Assembly: GCA_964448115.1 (NCBI GenBank) | Contig: CAYUVA010000042.1 | Span: 1-42,224 of the forward strand | Direction of reading: 5' to 3' | DNA from: an uncultured bacterium | GTDB taxonomy: Bacteria > CAYUVA01 | Length of the DNA stretch: 42,224 bases | Shown: piece after piece, positions 18,557-27,203 of the stretch | Numbering within the stretch: the stretch's first letter is position 1 | Layout of the letters: the number at the start of each line of letters is the position of its first letter | Made by a program: the position numbers and the translations under genes | The notes under the pieces: model-generated | The model's database searches: none | Seen by the model: the letters and a program-made list of their open reading frames with translations, nothing else | What the model was told of the DNA's origin: nothing

Positions 18557-19927
18557 TCAAAGTCCCTTGATAAGTTCTAGTATCTGGGGATCGGTCTGGA
18601 ACAAGCGGGGAAACCTGGGATGCGTGTTTTCGAGCCAATCCTTCAATGAGTTTTCTAATATGTTCAGATGCCCGTTCATAGGCTTATTGAATGGGCGCTG
18701 TTCGCTGGGATCGCTGGACAGGTCGTATATTGCCTTGGATAGTTTCTTGAGCGAGGTGGGGAGCAAATAGCCCCCTTGATTATCATACGAGTAGATGATC
18801 TTGTAACCATGTCCTCTTACGCAAAGCATTCCGGCACCGCTGTCAGAGATGATTACCCTGTCCTTGCCTTGAGCCTTGGGGGCTTTAAGGTTGAGGCTTT
18901 GAGCAGTGCTCGTACGGGATTCTATGCCCAGCATATCCAGAATGGTTGGCATTATATCCATAATACTTACAGTGAACCTGCTCACCAGGCACGGTTGCAG
19001 CCGTTTTGGATAGTAGAAAATGAGCGGTATCTTGAGCACTTCATCAAATAGGTTATTGTTATGACCCAAAGCTTGTCTCTCACCTAAACTCTCTCCGTGG
19101 TTGGCGGTTACTACTATAAGCGTGTTATCAACCATCCCTTGCGTATCAAGCTCTCGAAGCAGCCTCGCCAGGTTATGATCAAGATATGCCACATCACTAG
19201 CATAAGAGCACCTAACATCATCATAGTCGCTGCATGAGTTTATCCTGGCAGCATAAGGCTGATGGGGATCGAAGTAGTGAAGCCATAGGAAAAACGGCTT
19301 ATCTGTGTTCTTTGACTGGTATCGGTTCAGCCATCTAATCGCATTGTCGGTTACCTGGGCGGCGTTCTTTATCTTGCGGGGATCGATCCCCTCCTTGGGC
19401 TGGTTAAGCATAAGGTGCCGATTCGAATTTTTACTGGCATTGAGATGGATATTTTGCTTTTCTATTGCTTTCTTTACAGGTTTACTTATCGGTTGGTTGT
19501 AGAAATCGAAGCCCTGATTAAGTCCGTTATTGCACCTCAAGGTAAATATTGCAGTGGTTATTGCAGCAGTAGCGTATCCGTATTCATGGAGCAGCTCTGC
19601 AAGGGTGGTTGCCCGGGTATGAAGGATGCCTTTGTCCGTGGTAACCGTACTTTGTGCCGGGTAAAGCGAGGTGAAAAGCGAGACCATGGACGGCAGGGAC
19701 TGGCAGGAGGTAGTCATAGCCTCAGCATATACCACTCCGCCAACAGCTAGCTTATCCAGGGTTGGCGTCAAAGACTGGTGGCTCCCATAAGTCCCTATGA
19801 AATCAGCTCGCAAGGACTCGACGGTTACAAGGATGATATTGGGTTGCTGTTCAACTCCAATTGCTGGTGCGGCAAGGCTGAATACTGCAAAAAAGATCAT
19901 GCAACAAAGCCCCATCAGAGGCTTCAT
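18557..19927 (-). CDS. Secreted sulfatase-like hydrolase (alkaline phosphatase superfamily), non-canonical active site
   Basis: Signal peptide; PNIILVTVESLRAD, SLPSMVSLFTS, PFFLWLHYFDPHQPY, ANHGE, YDLSSDPSE. Start overlaps the stop of the upstream regulator (TAATG). Confidence 0.85.
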   Translation of the reverse strand: MKPLMGLCCMIFFAVFSLAAPAIGVEQQPNIILVTVESLRADFIGTYGSHQSLTPTLDKLAVGGVVYAEAMTTSCQSLPSMVSLFTSLYPAQSTVTTDKGILHTRATTLAELLHEYGYATAAITTAIFTLRCNNGLNQGFDFYNQPISKPVKKAIEKQNIHLNASKNSNRHLMLNQPKEGIDPRKIKNAAQVTDNAIRWLNRYQSKNTDKPFFLWLHYFDPHQPYAARINSCSDYDDVRCSYASDVAYLDHNLARLLRELDTQGMVDNTLIVVTANHGESLGERQALGHNNNLFDEVLKIPLIFYYPKRLQPCLVSRFTVSIMDIMPTILDMLGIESRTSTAQSLNLKAPKAQGKDRVIISDSGAGMLCVRGHGYKIIYSYDNQGGYLLPTSLKKLSKAIYDLSSDPSEQRPFNKPMNGHLNILENSLKDWLENTHPRFPRLFQTDPQILELIKGL

Positions 19928-21300
19928 TACTCGCTCTCCTTATATTTGTATTCGCCCAGGCGGCGGAAAAGGGTTCTAAGACTGATTCCAAGCTCCCTTG
20001 CGGTCTCATTTCTATTATTGGCGTTTCGAGCCAAGGTTGTTAGTATCGCTTGTCTTTCCAGCTCTTTTAGGCTCATGCCCTTCGGAAAGGGGAGATACTC
20101 GGTATCAGCTCCCTCCATGCGAATGTAGGAGGGCAGATCATCGAGCTTGATATCCTTCCTTGTGCTCATCACCACCAAGCCCTCCAGGAAATTCTTTAGC
20201 TCCCTGACATTCCCCGGCCAGGGATAGCGAACCAGGGCATCCAGGGCATCTTGTTCAAGATTCATCGGTCTTTTATTGTTAGCCTTGCATAGCTCATTCA
20301 GGAAATGGTCGATGAGCAAGGGGATATCCTCCTTGCGCTCCCTAAGCGGTGGCACTTGGATGGAGACCACCTTGAGGCGATAGTAAAGATCCTCCCGGAA
20401 TGTTGCGTCCTTGACTCTATCAGCCAATTCTGAGTTGGTGGCTGCAATTACCCTGGCATCGATGCGGTGAGTTCTAGTTCCTCCCACACGCTCGAACTCT
20501 TGAGCCTCAAGAAATCTCAACAGCTTGACCTGCATAGACAAGGGAAGCTCTCCGATCTCATCGAGGAACAGTGTCCCCTTGTCTGCCAGCTCGAACTTGC
20601 CCTTCTTGGCAGCGATGGCGCCGGTAAAGGCTCCCTTCTCGTGTCCAAAAAGCTCGCTTTCCACCAGTGATTCCGGTATGGCTCCGCAGTTGATGCGCAC
20701 AAACGGACCCCGCTTGCGTGGGCTTAGATTGTGGATGGCGTGTGCCACCAGTTCCTTACCGACTCCGCTCTCACCGGTTACAAGAACGCTAGCCCTTGCC
20801 GGAGCCACCTGGCGGATCTGTTGAATCACGCGCTGGATGCCATAAGAGTTGCCGATGATGTTGCCGATTCCATATCGCTGATCGAGTTGCTGTTGTAAAG
20901 CCAAGTTCTTCAGCACAAGCAATCGATGCTTGGTCAGCTTATCAATAAGGGAGCGGATCTTCTCCTTAGAGATGGGATGTTCCAGGAAATCGAAGGCACC
21001 GTTCTTTATTGCTTTTACAACTACATCGGGCGCGCCAGGCTCGGCGGTTATAACTACCTCTGTGTTAGGGTGGTTTTGCCTTATGATCTCAAGCAAGGAG
21101 AATCCGCTCATATCCTGAAGCGACACCTCGCTGAGCACCAGTTGTGCATCCTCCCTGCCAAGGTAATTCAAGGCATGTTTACCAAGAGAGAAAAGGTTAG
21201 ACTCTATGCCTAGCTCAGCAAGATACTGGCATATCCGCCTCCCATAAGTGGAGTCCTTGCTAACGATAAGAACCGTATCCACTATCTCTTGATTATGCAT
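19927..21300 (-). CDS. sigma54-dependent NtrC/AtoC-family enhancer-binding protein with atypical receiver domain
   Basis: GESGVGKE, ESELFGHEKGAFTGA, LFLDEIGE, FREDLYYRL, WPGNVREL, Fis-type HTH (TARELGISLRTLFRRL). Confidence 0.95.
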   Translation of the reverse strand: MHNQEIVDTVLIVSKDSTYGRRICQYLAELGIESNLFSLGKHALNYLGREDAQLVLSEVSLQDMSGFSLLEIIRQNHPNTEVVITAEPGAPDVVVKAIKNGAFDFLEHPISKEKIRSLIDKLTKHRLLVLKNLALQQQLDQRYGIGNIIGNSYGIQRVIQQIRQVAPARASVLVTGESGVGKELVAHAIHNLSPRKRGPFVRINCGAIPESLVESELFGHEKGAFTGAIAAKKGKFELADKGTLFLDEIGELPLSMQVKLLRFLEAQEFERVGGTRTHRIDARVIAATNSELADRVKDATFREDLYYRLKVVSIQVPPLRERKEDIPLLIDHFLNELCKANNKRPMNLEQDALDALVRYPWPGNVRELKNFLEGLVVMSTRKDIKLDDLPSYIRMEGADTEYLPFPKGMSLKELERQAILTTLARNANNRNETARELGISLRTLFRRLGEYKYKESE

Positions 21301-21415
21301 AGATATCCTTTCTTAGCATAAGAGGGGCATTCCCATCAAGGATGACTTAACTGGCAGCGGGTTGATTAAACCGAAAACTTTTATTATAGGATCGAGCAAC
21401 AAGGACGGTGATGAA

Positions 21416-21607
21416 ATGAAAGAACTGCTCATAATCATAGCTGTAATCGCCCTTTGGTTCTTAATGAACTACTTTGTGCTCCCCAAGCTGGGGATAAACA
21501 CCTGAATGCGAAACTCCTGCCGGATCGAGGCTCGATCCGATAACGAAAATCACCAGTCAAGCTCTATTAATCCACGAGATTCTTCCAAAGAAAAGGGAGA
21601 CAAGTAA
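21416..21607 (+). CDS. Small single-pass membrane protein; candidate selenoprotein (63 aa with TGA30=Sec, or 29 aa ending at 21505)
   Basis: MKELLIIIAVIALWFLMNYFVLPKLGINT-TGA-MRNSCRIEARSD...KEKGDK-TAA; AAGGA/GGTGA upstream; hairpin at 21521-21539. Confidence 0.6.
21521..21539 (+). promoter_or_regulatory. Candidate bacterial SECIS stem-loop
   Basis: Perfect inverted repeat CGGATCGA-GGC-TCGATCCG starting 15 nt after the in-frame TGA; G-containing apical loop 23 nt after the TGA. Confidence 0.5.
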
Positions 21608-21645
21608 ACATATCAAGAATAGGTTTTTAATGTCATTATTATTGA

Positions 21646-23205
21646 CTAGGGCTGTATGACAGAAAAGGATGTACCGCTGTCCAATGAGACGAGCAGCTCC
21701 TTGTCCCCGCCTAGTGCGATCATGTCTGGATGGACTGGATGGCGGATCATCACATTCTTGTCCTTGAAGATGCGAAAGGTGAAATTATCAGAGTCGAAAC
21801 GCCGGGTTATCTTGCGCTTCCTGAAGGTCTCAGCAGCCAACGAGATAAGGATAGTTCTTTGCCTTGGCAAAACGAGAAAGCCTTGTATTGGCAAAGAAAG
21901 CATCGGATGTTGGAACAACCTTGGCTGCAAGGTATCGCCGCTTCTATGATATAAGCCAGCTCCCGATGCTATGAAGGTCATGTTAAGCTCGGAAACTACG
22001 CTTATCTTGGAAACCAATCCTTGTATCCTGGGACGGGCATAGGTCAATCCCATGTCCTTGCTTTCCAAGATCCCTAGTCCGAATACTCCGAGCAGAATAT
22101 GACTGCAATCATATTCATCAACCTCAAAGGCACTGGGGATGAGATCGGGGAGGTCTGGATCGTGGTTAGTGCCTTGTGCTTTTGAACCCAAGAAGCGCCA
22201 GGGAACGGCGGAGAATAGCGGTTTATATATGATACCCTTTTCAGTTGCTGCCATGATTTTAGGGCTTTGATTATCTTTGCATAACCTCAAGCCGATTATG
22301 AAAGAGCAGTTTGTGTCCTCAAGGATAGTTCCCTTGTCTGCTAAGCTAAGTCGGTAAAGCCCGGCTCCGCTGGTGGCAACTAGTTGATGCTCGGCATCCA
22401 TGGATAGAAGATCGCTCAGCGGCGCAGGAAAGCTGATCGGACTATCTTGCTGCCAGTTTTGCTCACCGATGTTGTATTGATGAAGCTCCCCTGCCCCGGT
22501 GCCGATCAATAGCCGATCGCTATCATAAGGGATAAATGCCATCGATGTTATCTTGGTTTGGGAGATCGCCCTTTGCATCTTTATCTGCTTGGTGCCGAAG
22601 ATTATCCCCACCGATATCACGGTTAGCCCAAGCCCATACAGGGCTATCTTGCGCGCCGGCCACCAGGGGGTCATAAAACCGAACCCGAATCGGGCTGCTA
22701 AAAAGGGGCTTAACAGAAAAAGAGCTAAGAATCCGAGTTTACCAGACCAGGCAGCAACCAGGAATGTTGCCAGCAAGGCTAGAATGGAGCCGAACAAGGT
22801 TCGCCAGAAGGAGCCAACATAGCCGAGCTTTCGAGCTTTGATGTACATGGAGACACTCGAACCAAGGGCAAAAAGAGCCGGTCCCACTCGCCAGACGAAT
22901 ACTGAAAAAAGTATCGAAAATGAGCTATCCACCGACCAGTTGGTCCGAGCTGCGAAGTATGCCCCGATGCGAGAGGTGATTAAGGTCAACAGAACGCCTA
23001 TTACACCGCCAATGACGCTAGCCTTGAACAGCTTGGCTACATCAACATTTACCAGGCGATCGCTTCCCGGCGGCAGCATAAGCTCAAGACCGATGCCACA
23101 CTTGGAGCAGAAATAGGCATAAGGACTATTAGTGGCACCACAGCTTTGGCAGATGACCTCCTCGGGCTCGGTTTCCTGGCTGTTTATTTTTTCATTCTCA
23201 CCCAT
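21646..23205 (-). CDS. Membrane protein: N-terminal zinc ribbon, about 5 TM helices, C-terminal BNR/beta-propeller-like domain
   Basis: CQSCG...CSKCG; hydrophobic segments; SKDMGLTY and SLDSGTSF Asp-box-like motifs. Likely start ATG 23205. Confidence 0.75.
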   Translation of the reverse strand: MGENEKINSQETEPEEVICQSCGATNSPYAYFCSKCGIGLELMLPPGSDRLVNVDVAKLFKASVIGGVIGVLLTLITSRIGAYFAARTNWSVDSSFSILFSVFVWRVGPALFALGSSVSMYIKARKLGYVGSFWRTLFGSILALLATFLVAAWSGKLGFLALFLLSPFLAARFGFGFMTPWWPARKIALYGLGLTVISVGIIFGTKQIKMQRAISQTKITSMAFIPYDSDRLLIGTGAGELHQYNIGEQNWQQDSPISFPAPLSDLLSMDAEHQLVATSGAGLYRLSLADKGTILEDTNCSFIIGLRLCKDNQSPKIMAATEKGIIYKPLFSAVPWRFLGSKAQGTNHDPDLPDLIPSAFEVDEYDCSHILLGVFGLGILESKDMGLTYARPRIQGLVSKISVVSELNMTFIASGAGLYHRSGDTLQPRLFQHPMLSLPIQGFLVLPRQRTILISLAAETFRKRKITRRFDSDNFTFRIFKDKNVMIRHPVHPDMIALGGDKELLVSLDSGTSFSVIQP

Positions 23206-23333
23206 GTGCAAACCAAGTTTAAACTACTATATGAGCACTAAATAAGCCAACCCGGACGATGAATTCATTCGTGTTTCCTTTTTTACAACTAGACTTTGCT
23301 TTAGCCTGATGATAATATAATTGGTGGAAGGAG

Positions 23334-25652
23334 ATGGCTGAAATGAGATTTCGGAATGTGCTTATTGTGGATGATGATAAGGCAGCCCTCAAGCTGTATC
23401 GATATCATCTCAGTAAGAAAGGCTATAAGCTAAAGACAGCCGAGGATAGCCTTGAGGCGATCGAGTTACTCAAGAGCTTTGCGCCGGATATAATTATCTC
23501 TGATATCGTCATGCCTAAAATGGATGGCTATCAACTAGTTAAATATCTAAGGCAGCACGATCAGTATGCTCATATACCGGTGATCTTTGTCTCTTCCTCT
23601 ATCATCGATGAGAGTGAAGCCAGGCGCATCGAAGAAGCCGGGGTTGCTGGAGCCATCTCCAAGATAGACCTACAGCAGGCAAACCTTCCAGAACGCTTGA
23701 TCCAAACAATGGAGAGAGTGGAGAAGAAGAGCGATTTCTTCAGGGTATCCATCAACAAGGAAGAAATACCAGAGCAGTCAAATGAGGCATTAAAGACCCT
23801 GATCAGGGAGTTACTCGATATCAAGCTCTGGCACGAAGGGATACTGGAACAACTAGACAAAGGACTAGTTCTCATAGATGAGCATCGTCGCATATTCTTT
23901 GTCAATAAAAAGGCAGAGCATATTCTTAATATGATCAGAAGTGAACTCTTTGGAAAGGATATCCTGGATTTTGTATCCCCCAAGTACCTTGAGCGGCTAA
24001 AGGTCATCTCCGATAGCGATGCAGCCGGTGATTATCGTACCTGGCGATTCTTTTTGCCATTTGTGGATCAGATACTTAAGATCAACGCCACTCCGATCAT
24101 TAGTTCGCAGGGGAAATATCTTGGCAAGATACTTATTTTTAGTCGTTATAGCTTAACTCCCGAGATAAATCGTTTTTTGGCAGAGTTGCACACGGATATC
24201 CTTTATCGATTGCAGGATAGATACTCTCAGTTGATGGAAAAGCTCGATATCATACATCAGCTTATCCCCGCAGACAGCGAGATCGACGGTGCTGAGTTAC
24301 TTGATTCTCTTAAAAATACTGCAAAAAAGTTCGATGTTGTTATCTCGGATCTAAGGAACATGGCTCGATTCGTAAGCCCGGAACATAGAATAGAGCCTAA
24401 GATGACAGATATTAGCCAGTTATTGAAAGAGCTGGCGAGGACACTTTATTATCCGGCTGCCAACAGGGGAATAACCATCGAGACCGATTTACTGCCTCAC
24501 CCTCCAAGCATAAAGGTTGATCACCGTCGCTTCCAGCAGGTGCTACACACGATCACACAATTGGGTATCAAGAATGCCGAACCTCTGAGCACACTTGAGA
24601 TAAATCTGCAAAAGCAATCATCGCACCTGGTGGTTAAGATCTATTTTTATGTTCACTCCGACTCTCCGTTGCTGGAAAGGCAGCCCTTCATGCCCTCGGA
24701 TTATAGCCTTGAAGGATCGGACAACCTGTATAGATTGCTCGCCCTGATGCGCGACCTGGTTTTAATGATGCAGGGTGATCTATCTTTTGAGATACTCAAG
24801 GAAGGTAGAGCCTGTTTCATGCTTAAATTCCCCATAGCGAAGAAAACAGAGGAAATAAGGAAATTCGAGTTGGTCGCCAGAGCAAAGCTGCCTGAAACGA
24901 CCAAAGAGAAGCTAATTGTCTCTATAATGGATGATGAGAATCAGTTTTACAGGAAGCTAGGCGAGCTTGCTGCAAGCCAAGGCATAGAGATCAGGCTGCA
25001 AAGCGGAAAGATAGATATTTTGCAAAGCACATCCTTGGCAACGCTGAGATATATCCTTATAAACACCAACACAAAGGGGGTAGATCACTACTCAATAACT
25101 CGAAACCTGTTCTCCTTTCCCTATACAAGGGGATCTACCATAGTTCTTAGCCACTTAATATTCACAGGTCATGATTCCAGCAAGGCGATCCTGGGAGTGG
25201 ATGATTACCTGCCATCGCCCATCCATTATTCGCGATTGGTCGAGATACTGCAACATTACCTTGGCGAGAAAGAGACCATATCCAAGACGGTTCATATTAT
25301 CTCTCCGGAGGAACAGTCGGTTCATTCCCTGGAGAGCTTCATCGTAAATAACGGTTACAAATATCAGTTTTTTTATGATCTGGGGCATTCCGTTAAAGGG
25401 CTTGAGAGTGGATTACCCGATCTTATCATGTTGGATAATATCCTTTTGGAAGATGGAGGCTACGAGTTCATCGAGTTCATCAAGCAGGAGGCTGCAACCA
25501 GCAAGATTCCGCTCATCCTTTTCTTTGCATACTCTGAACAATGGGATGTATGGCCGCAATTCTTGATCCCTCGCACCGCCAGGAGGCTTACATTAACACC
25601 AAAAGGGCTATTGCACTGCCTTAAATCGATCATCCAAAAGGAACGGTGTTGA
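23334..25652 (+). CDS. Multidomain signalling protein: receiver - PAS - degenerate HisKA/HATPase - two degenerate receiver-like domains
   Basis: RBS AAGGAG; REC VDDD...SDIVMPKMDG; PAS GLVLID...VNKKAE; kinase-like VDHRRFQQVL...LMMQGDL...FMLKFP; C-terminal PDLIMLD...TSKIPLI. Confidence 0.85.
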   Translation: MAEMRFRNVLIVDDDKAALKLYRYHLSKKGYKLKTAEDSLEAIELLKSFAPDIIISDIVMPKMDGYQLVKYLRQHDQYAHIPVIFVSSSIIDESEARRIEEAGVAGAISKIDLQQANLPERLIQTMERVEKKSDFFRVSINKEEIPEQSNEALKTLIRELLDIKLWHEGILEQLDKGLVLIDEHRRIFFVNKKAEHILNMIRSELFGKDILDFVSPKYLERLKVISDSDAAGDYRTWRFFLPFVDQILKINATPIISSQGKYLGKILIFSRYSLTPEINRFLAELHTDILYRLQDRYSQLMEKLDIIHQLIPADSEIDGAELLDSLKNTAKKFDVVISDLRNMARFVSPEHRIEPKMTDISQLLKELARTLYYPAANRGITIETDLLPHPPSIKVDHRRFQQVLHTITQLGIKNAEPLSTLEINLQKQSSHLVVKIYFYVHSDSPLLERQPFMPSDYSLEGSDNLYRLLALMRDLVLMMQGDLSFEILKEGRACFMLKFPIAKKTEEIRKFELVARAKLPETTKEKLIVSIMDDENQFYRKLGELAASQGIEIRLQSGKIDILQSTSLATLRYILINTNTKGVDHYSITRNLFSFPYTRGSTIVLSHLIFTGHDSSKAILGVDDYLPSPIHYSRLVEILQHYLGEKETISKTVHIISPEEQSVHSLESFIVNNGYKYQFFYDLGHSVKGLESGLPDLIMLDNILLEDGGYEFIEFIKQEAATSKIPLILFFAYSEQWDVWPQFLIPRTARRLTLTPKGLLHCLKSIIQKERC

Positions 25653-26311
25653 AGTCCAGCAAGCGATTGACATTGTATGAACGATTGGAGGTCTCTCCGC
25701 AGGCTTCTATTAACGAGATTCGTAGAGCCTACCATAAACTTGTGAAAAAGTATCACAAGAAGACCGACAATGTTAATACAAAAGAGTTCAATGACCAACT
25801 GATGCAGATAAACATAGCTTACAATGTGCTTAAAGATCCTGTGAAAAGAAAGCAATACGATCAGCTCCTTGCCGAGGAGGCTGCCCAACAGCGGCAAAAG
25901 ACTCCGACCCCGCCGAGTATTAGAATCGACCTTTTTAAGGAAGCCAAGGAGGCTATCGCCGAGTCAAACTTCGTCACCGCCTTGAAGCATATTCGATTGG
26001 CGCTGGAGAAGAAAAACAGTGATCCAGAGCTTCTTAGCTTGCTTTGCTTTGTGCTAACAAACCTGGATCGAGACCTGGGTGAGGCAAAACATGCGATAAG
26101 GAAGGCGATTCGGCTAGATCCAGAAGAGCCTATGCATTACTACCATCTCGGCTTCTTGTATGAGAAAGCCAACCAGAAGGATAAGGCAAGCGAACAATAT
26201 CAGATGGCGCTGAAGAAGGATGCTGGATTCCAGAAGGCAAGAAAAGCGCTGGAGAGGATCAATATGAAAGGCTCGTTCCTTGATAGCCTCAAGGGAATGT
26301 TCAAGAAGTAG
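25646..26311 (+). CDS. J-domain-like + TPR protein (HPD motif replaced by HKK)
   Basis: LYERLEVSPQAS..EIRRAYHKL.KKYHKK...INIAYNVLKDPVKRKQYD; TPR AIRLDP...YYHLG.LY. Confidence 0.88.
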   Translation: MLKSSKRLTLYERLEVSPQASINEIRRAYHKLVKKYHKKTDNVNTKEFNDQLMQINIAYNVLKDPVKRKQYDQLLAEEAAQQRQKTPTPPSIRIDLFKEAKEAIAESNFVTALKHIRLALEKKNSDPELLSLLCFVLTNLDRDLGEAKHAIRKAIRLDPEEPMHYYHLGFLYEKANQKDKASEQYQMALKKDAGFQKARKALERINMKGSFLDSLKGMFKK

Positions 26312-26318
26312 GTTCGAT

Positions 26319-27203
26319 ATGGCTGGAATACAAAGCATGACCGGTTACGGAAGGTCTGAATACTCGGAGGATGACTTCAGTCTCCAAGTAGAGGTAAAAT
26401 CAGTAAACCACCGATTCATGGATATCCGCATCCGCTTTGATGGAGCGCCAGAGGGGTGGGAGCAGATTATCACTCGGCAGATAAAAAAGGTGTTCTCCAG
26501 GGGGTCTTTTTTTATAACCATCAGGTTCAAGCCCTTGTCGGTGAAATACCTGCGACCACAGTTTAATCGGAACATTGCCGAGAAATATCTCCAAGATTTT
26601 GATGAGCTGAGACATTACTATGGCGATTCAGTTGTGATCTCTTACACCGACCTTTTATCATTGCCCGGGGTCAGCACGGTCGAGAATGAGAGCATTGAGG
26701 ATGCTTATCTTATTGAGCAACTGGAGGGTACACTTGCTGGTGCACTGGAGGCTTTACATAAGATGCGACTTAAAGAGGGCGAGGCGATCAAGTTGGACAT
26801 GAGGAGACAATTGGAGCGCCTGGCTTATATTTGCGAGGATATAAGTAAACTGGCAGAGAAGAATGTAATTGTGCACAAGAAGCGCTTAATGGATAACCTC
26901 ACCGAGCTTCTTTCTGGCATCGACCATGATCAGGGGCGACTTGAGACCGAGCTGGCAATACTTGCCGAAAGGCTGGATATAAATGAGGAGCTGGTCAGGC
27001 TCGGCTCACACATCAGCCAGTTCCAGGAATTATTGGATAAATGGGAACCAGTGGGAAGACGACTCGATTTCTTTTGCCAGGAGATGCATAGAGAAATAAC
27101 CACCTTGGGCAATAAAGCCGCCGATGCCGGCATCTCCAACCTGGCGGTCGAGGCAAAGGATTGCATTGAGAAACTAAGGGAACATGCACAAAATGTCGAA
27201 TGA
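26319..27203 (+). CDS. yicC: YicC/YloC family endoribonuclease
   Basis: SMTGYGR, KSVNHRF, DINEELVRL.SH, GRRLDF..QEMHRE..T.GNK, EKLREHAQNVE. Confidence 0.93.
   Translation: MAGIQSMTGYGRSEYSEDDFSLQVEVKSVNHRFMDIRIRFDGAPEGWEQIITRQIKKVFSRGSFFITIRFKPLSVKYLRPQFNRNIAEKYLQDFDELRHYYGDSVVISYTDLLSLPGVSTVENESIEDAYLIEQLEGTLAGALEALHKMRLKEGEAIKLDMRRQLERLAYICEDISKLAEKNVIVHKKRLMDNLTELLSGIDHDQGRLETELAILAERLDINEELVRLGSHISQFQELLDKWEPVGRRLDFFCQEMHREITTLGNKAADAGISNLAVEAKDCIEKLREHAQNVE

Noticed and set aside
21350-21370. sigma54 promoter-like TGGCA sites (also near 18423 and 35350)
   Set aside because: The GG-N10-GC spacing is not met at any of them.
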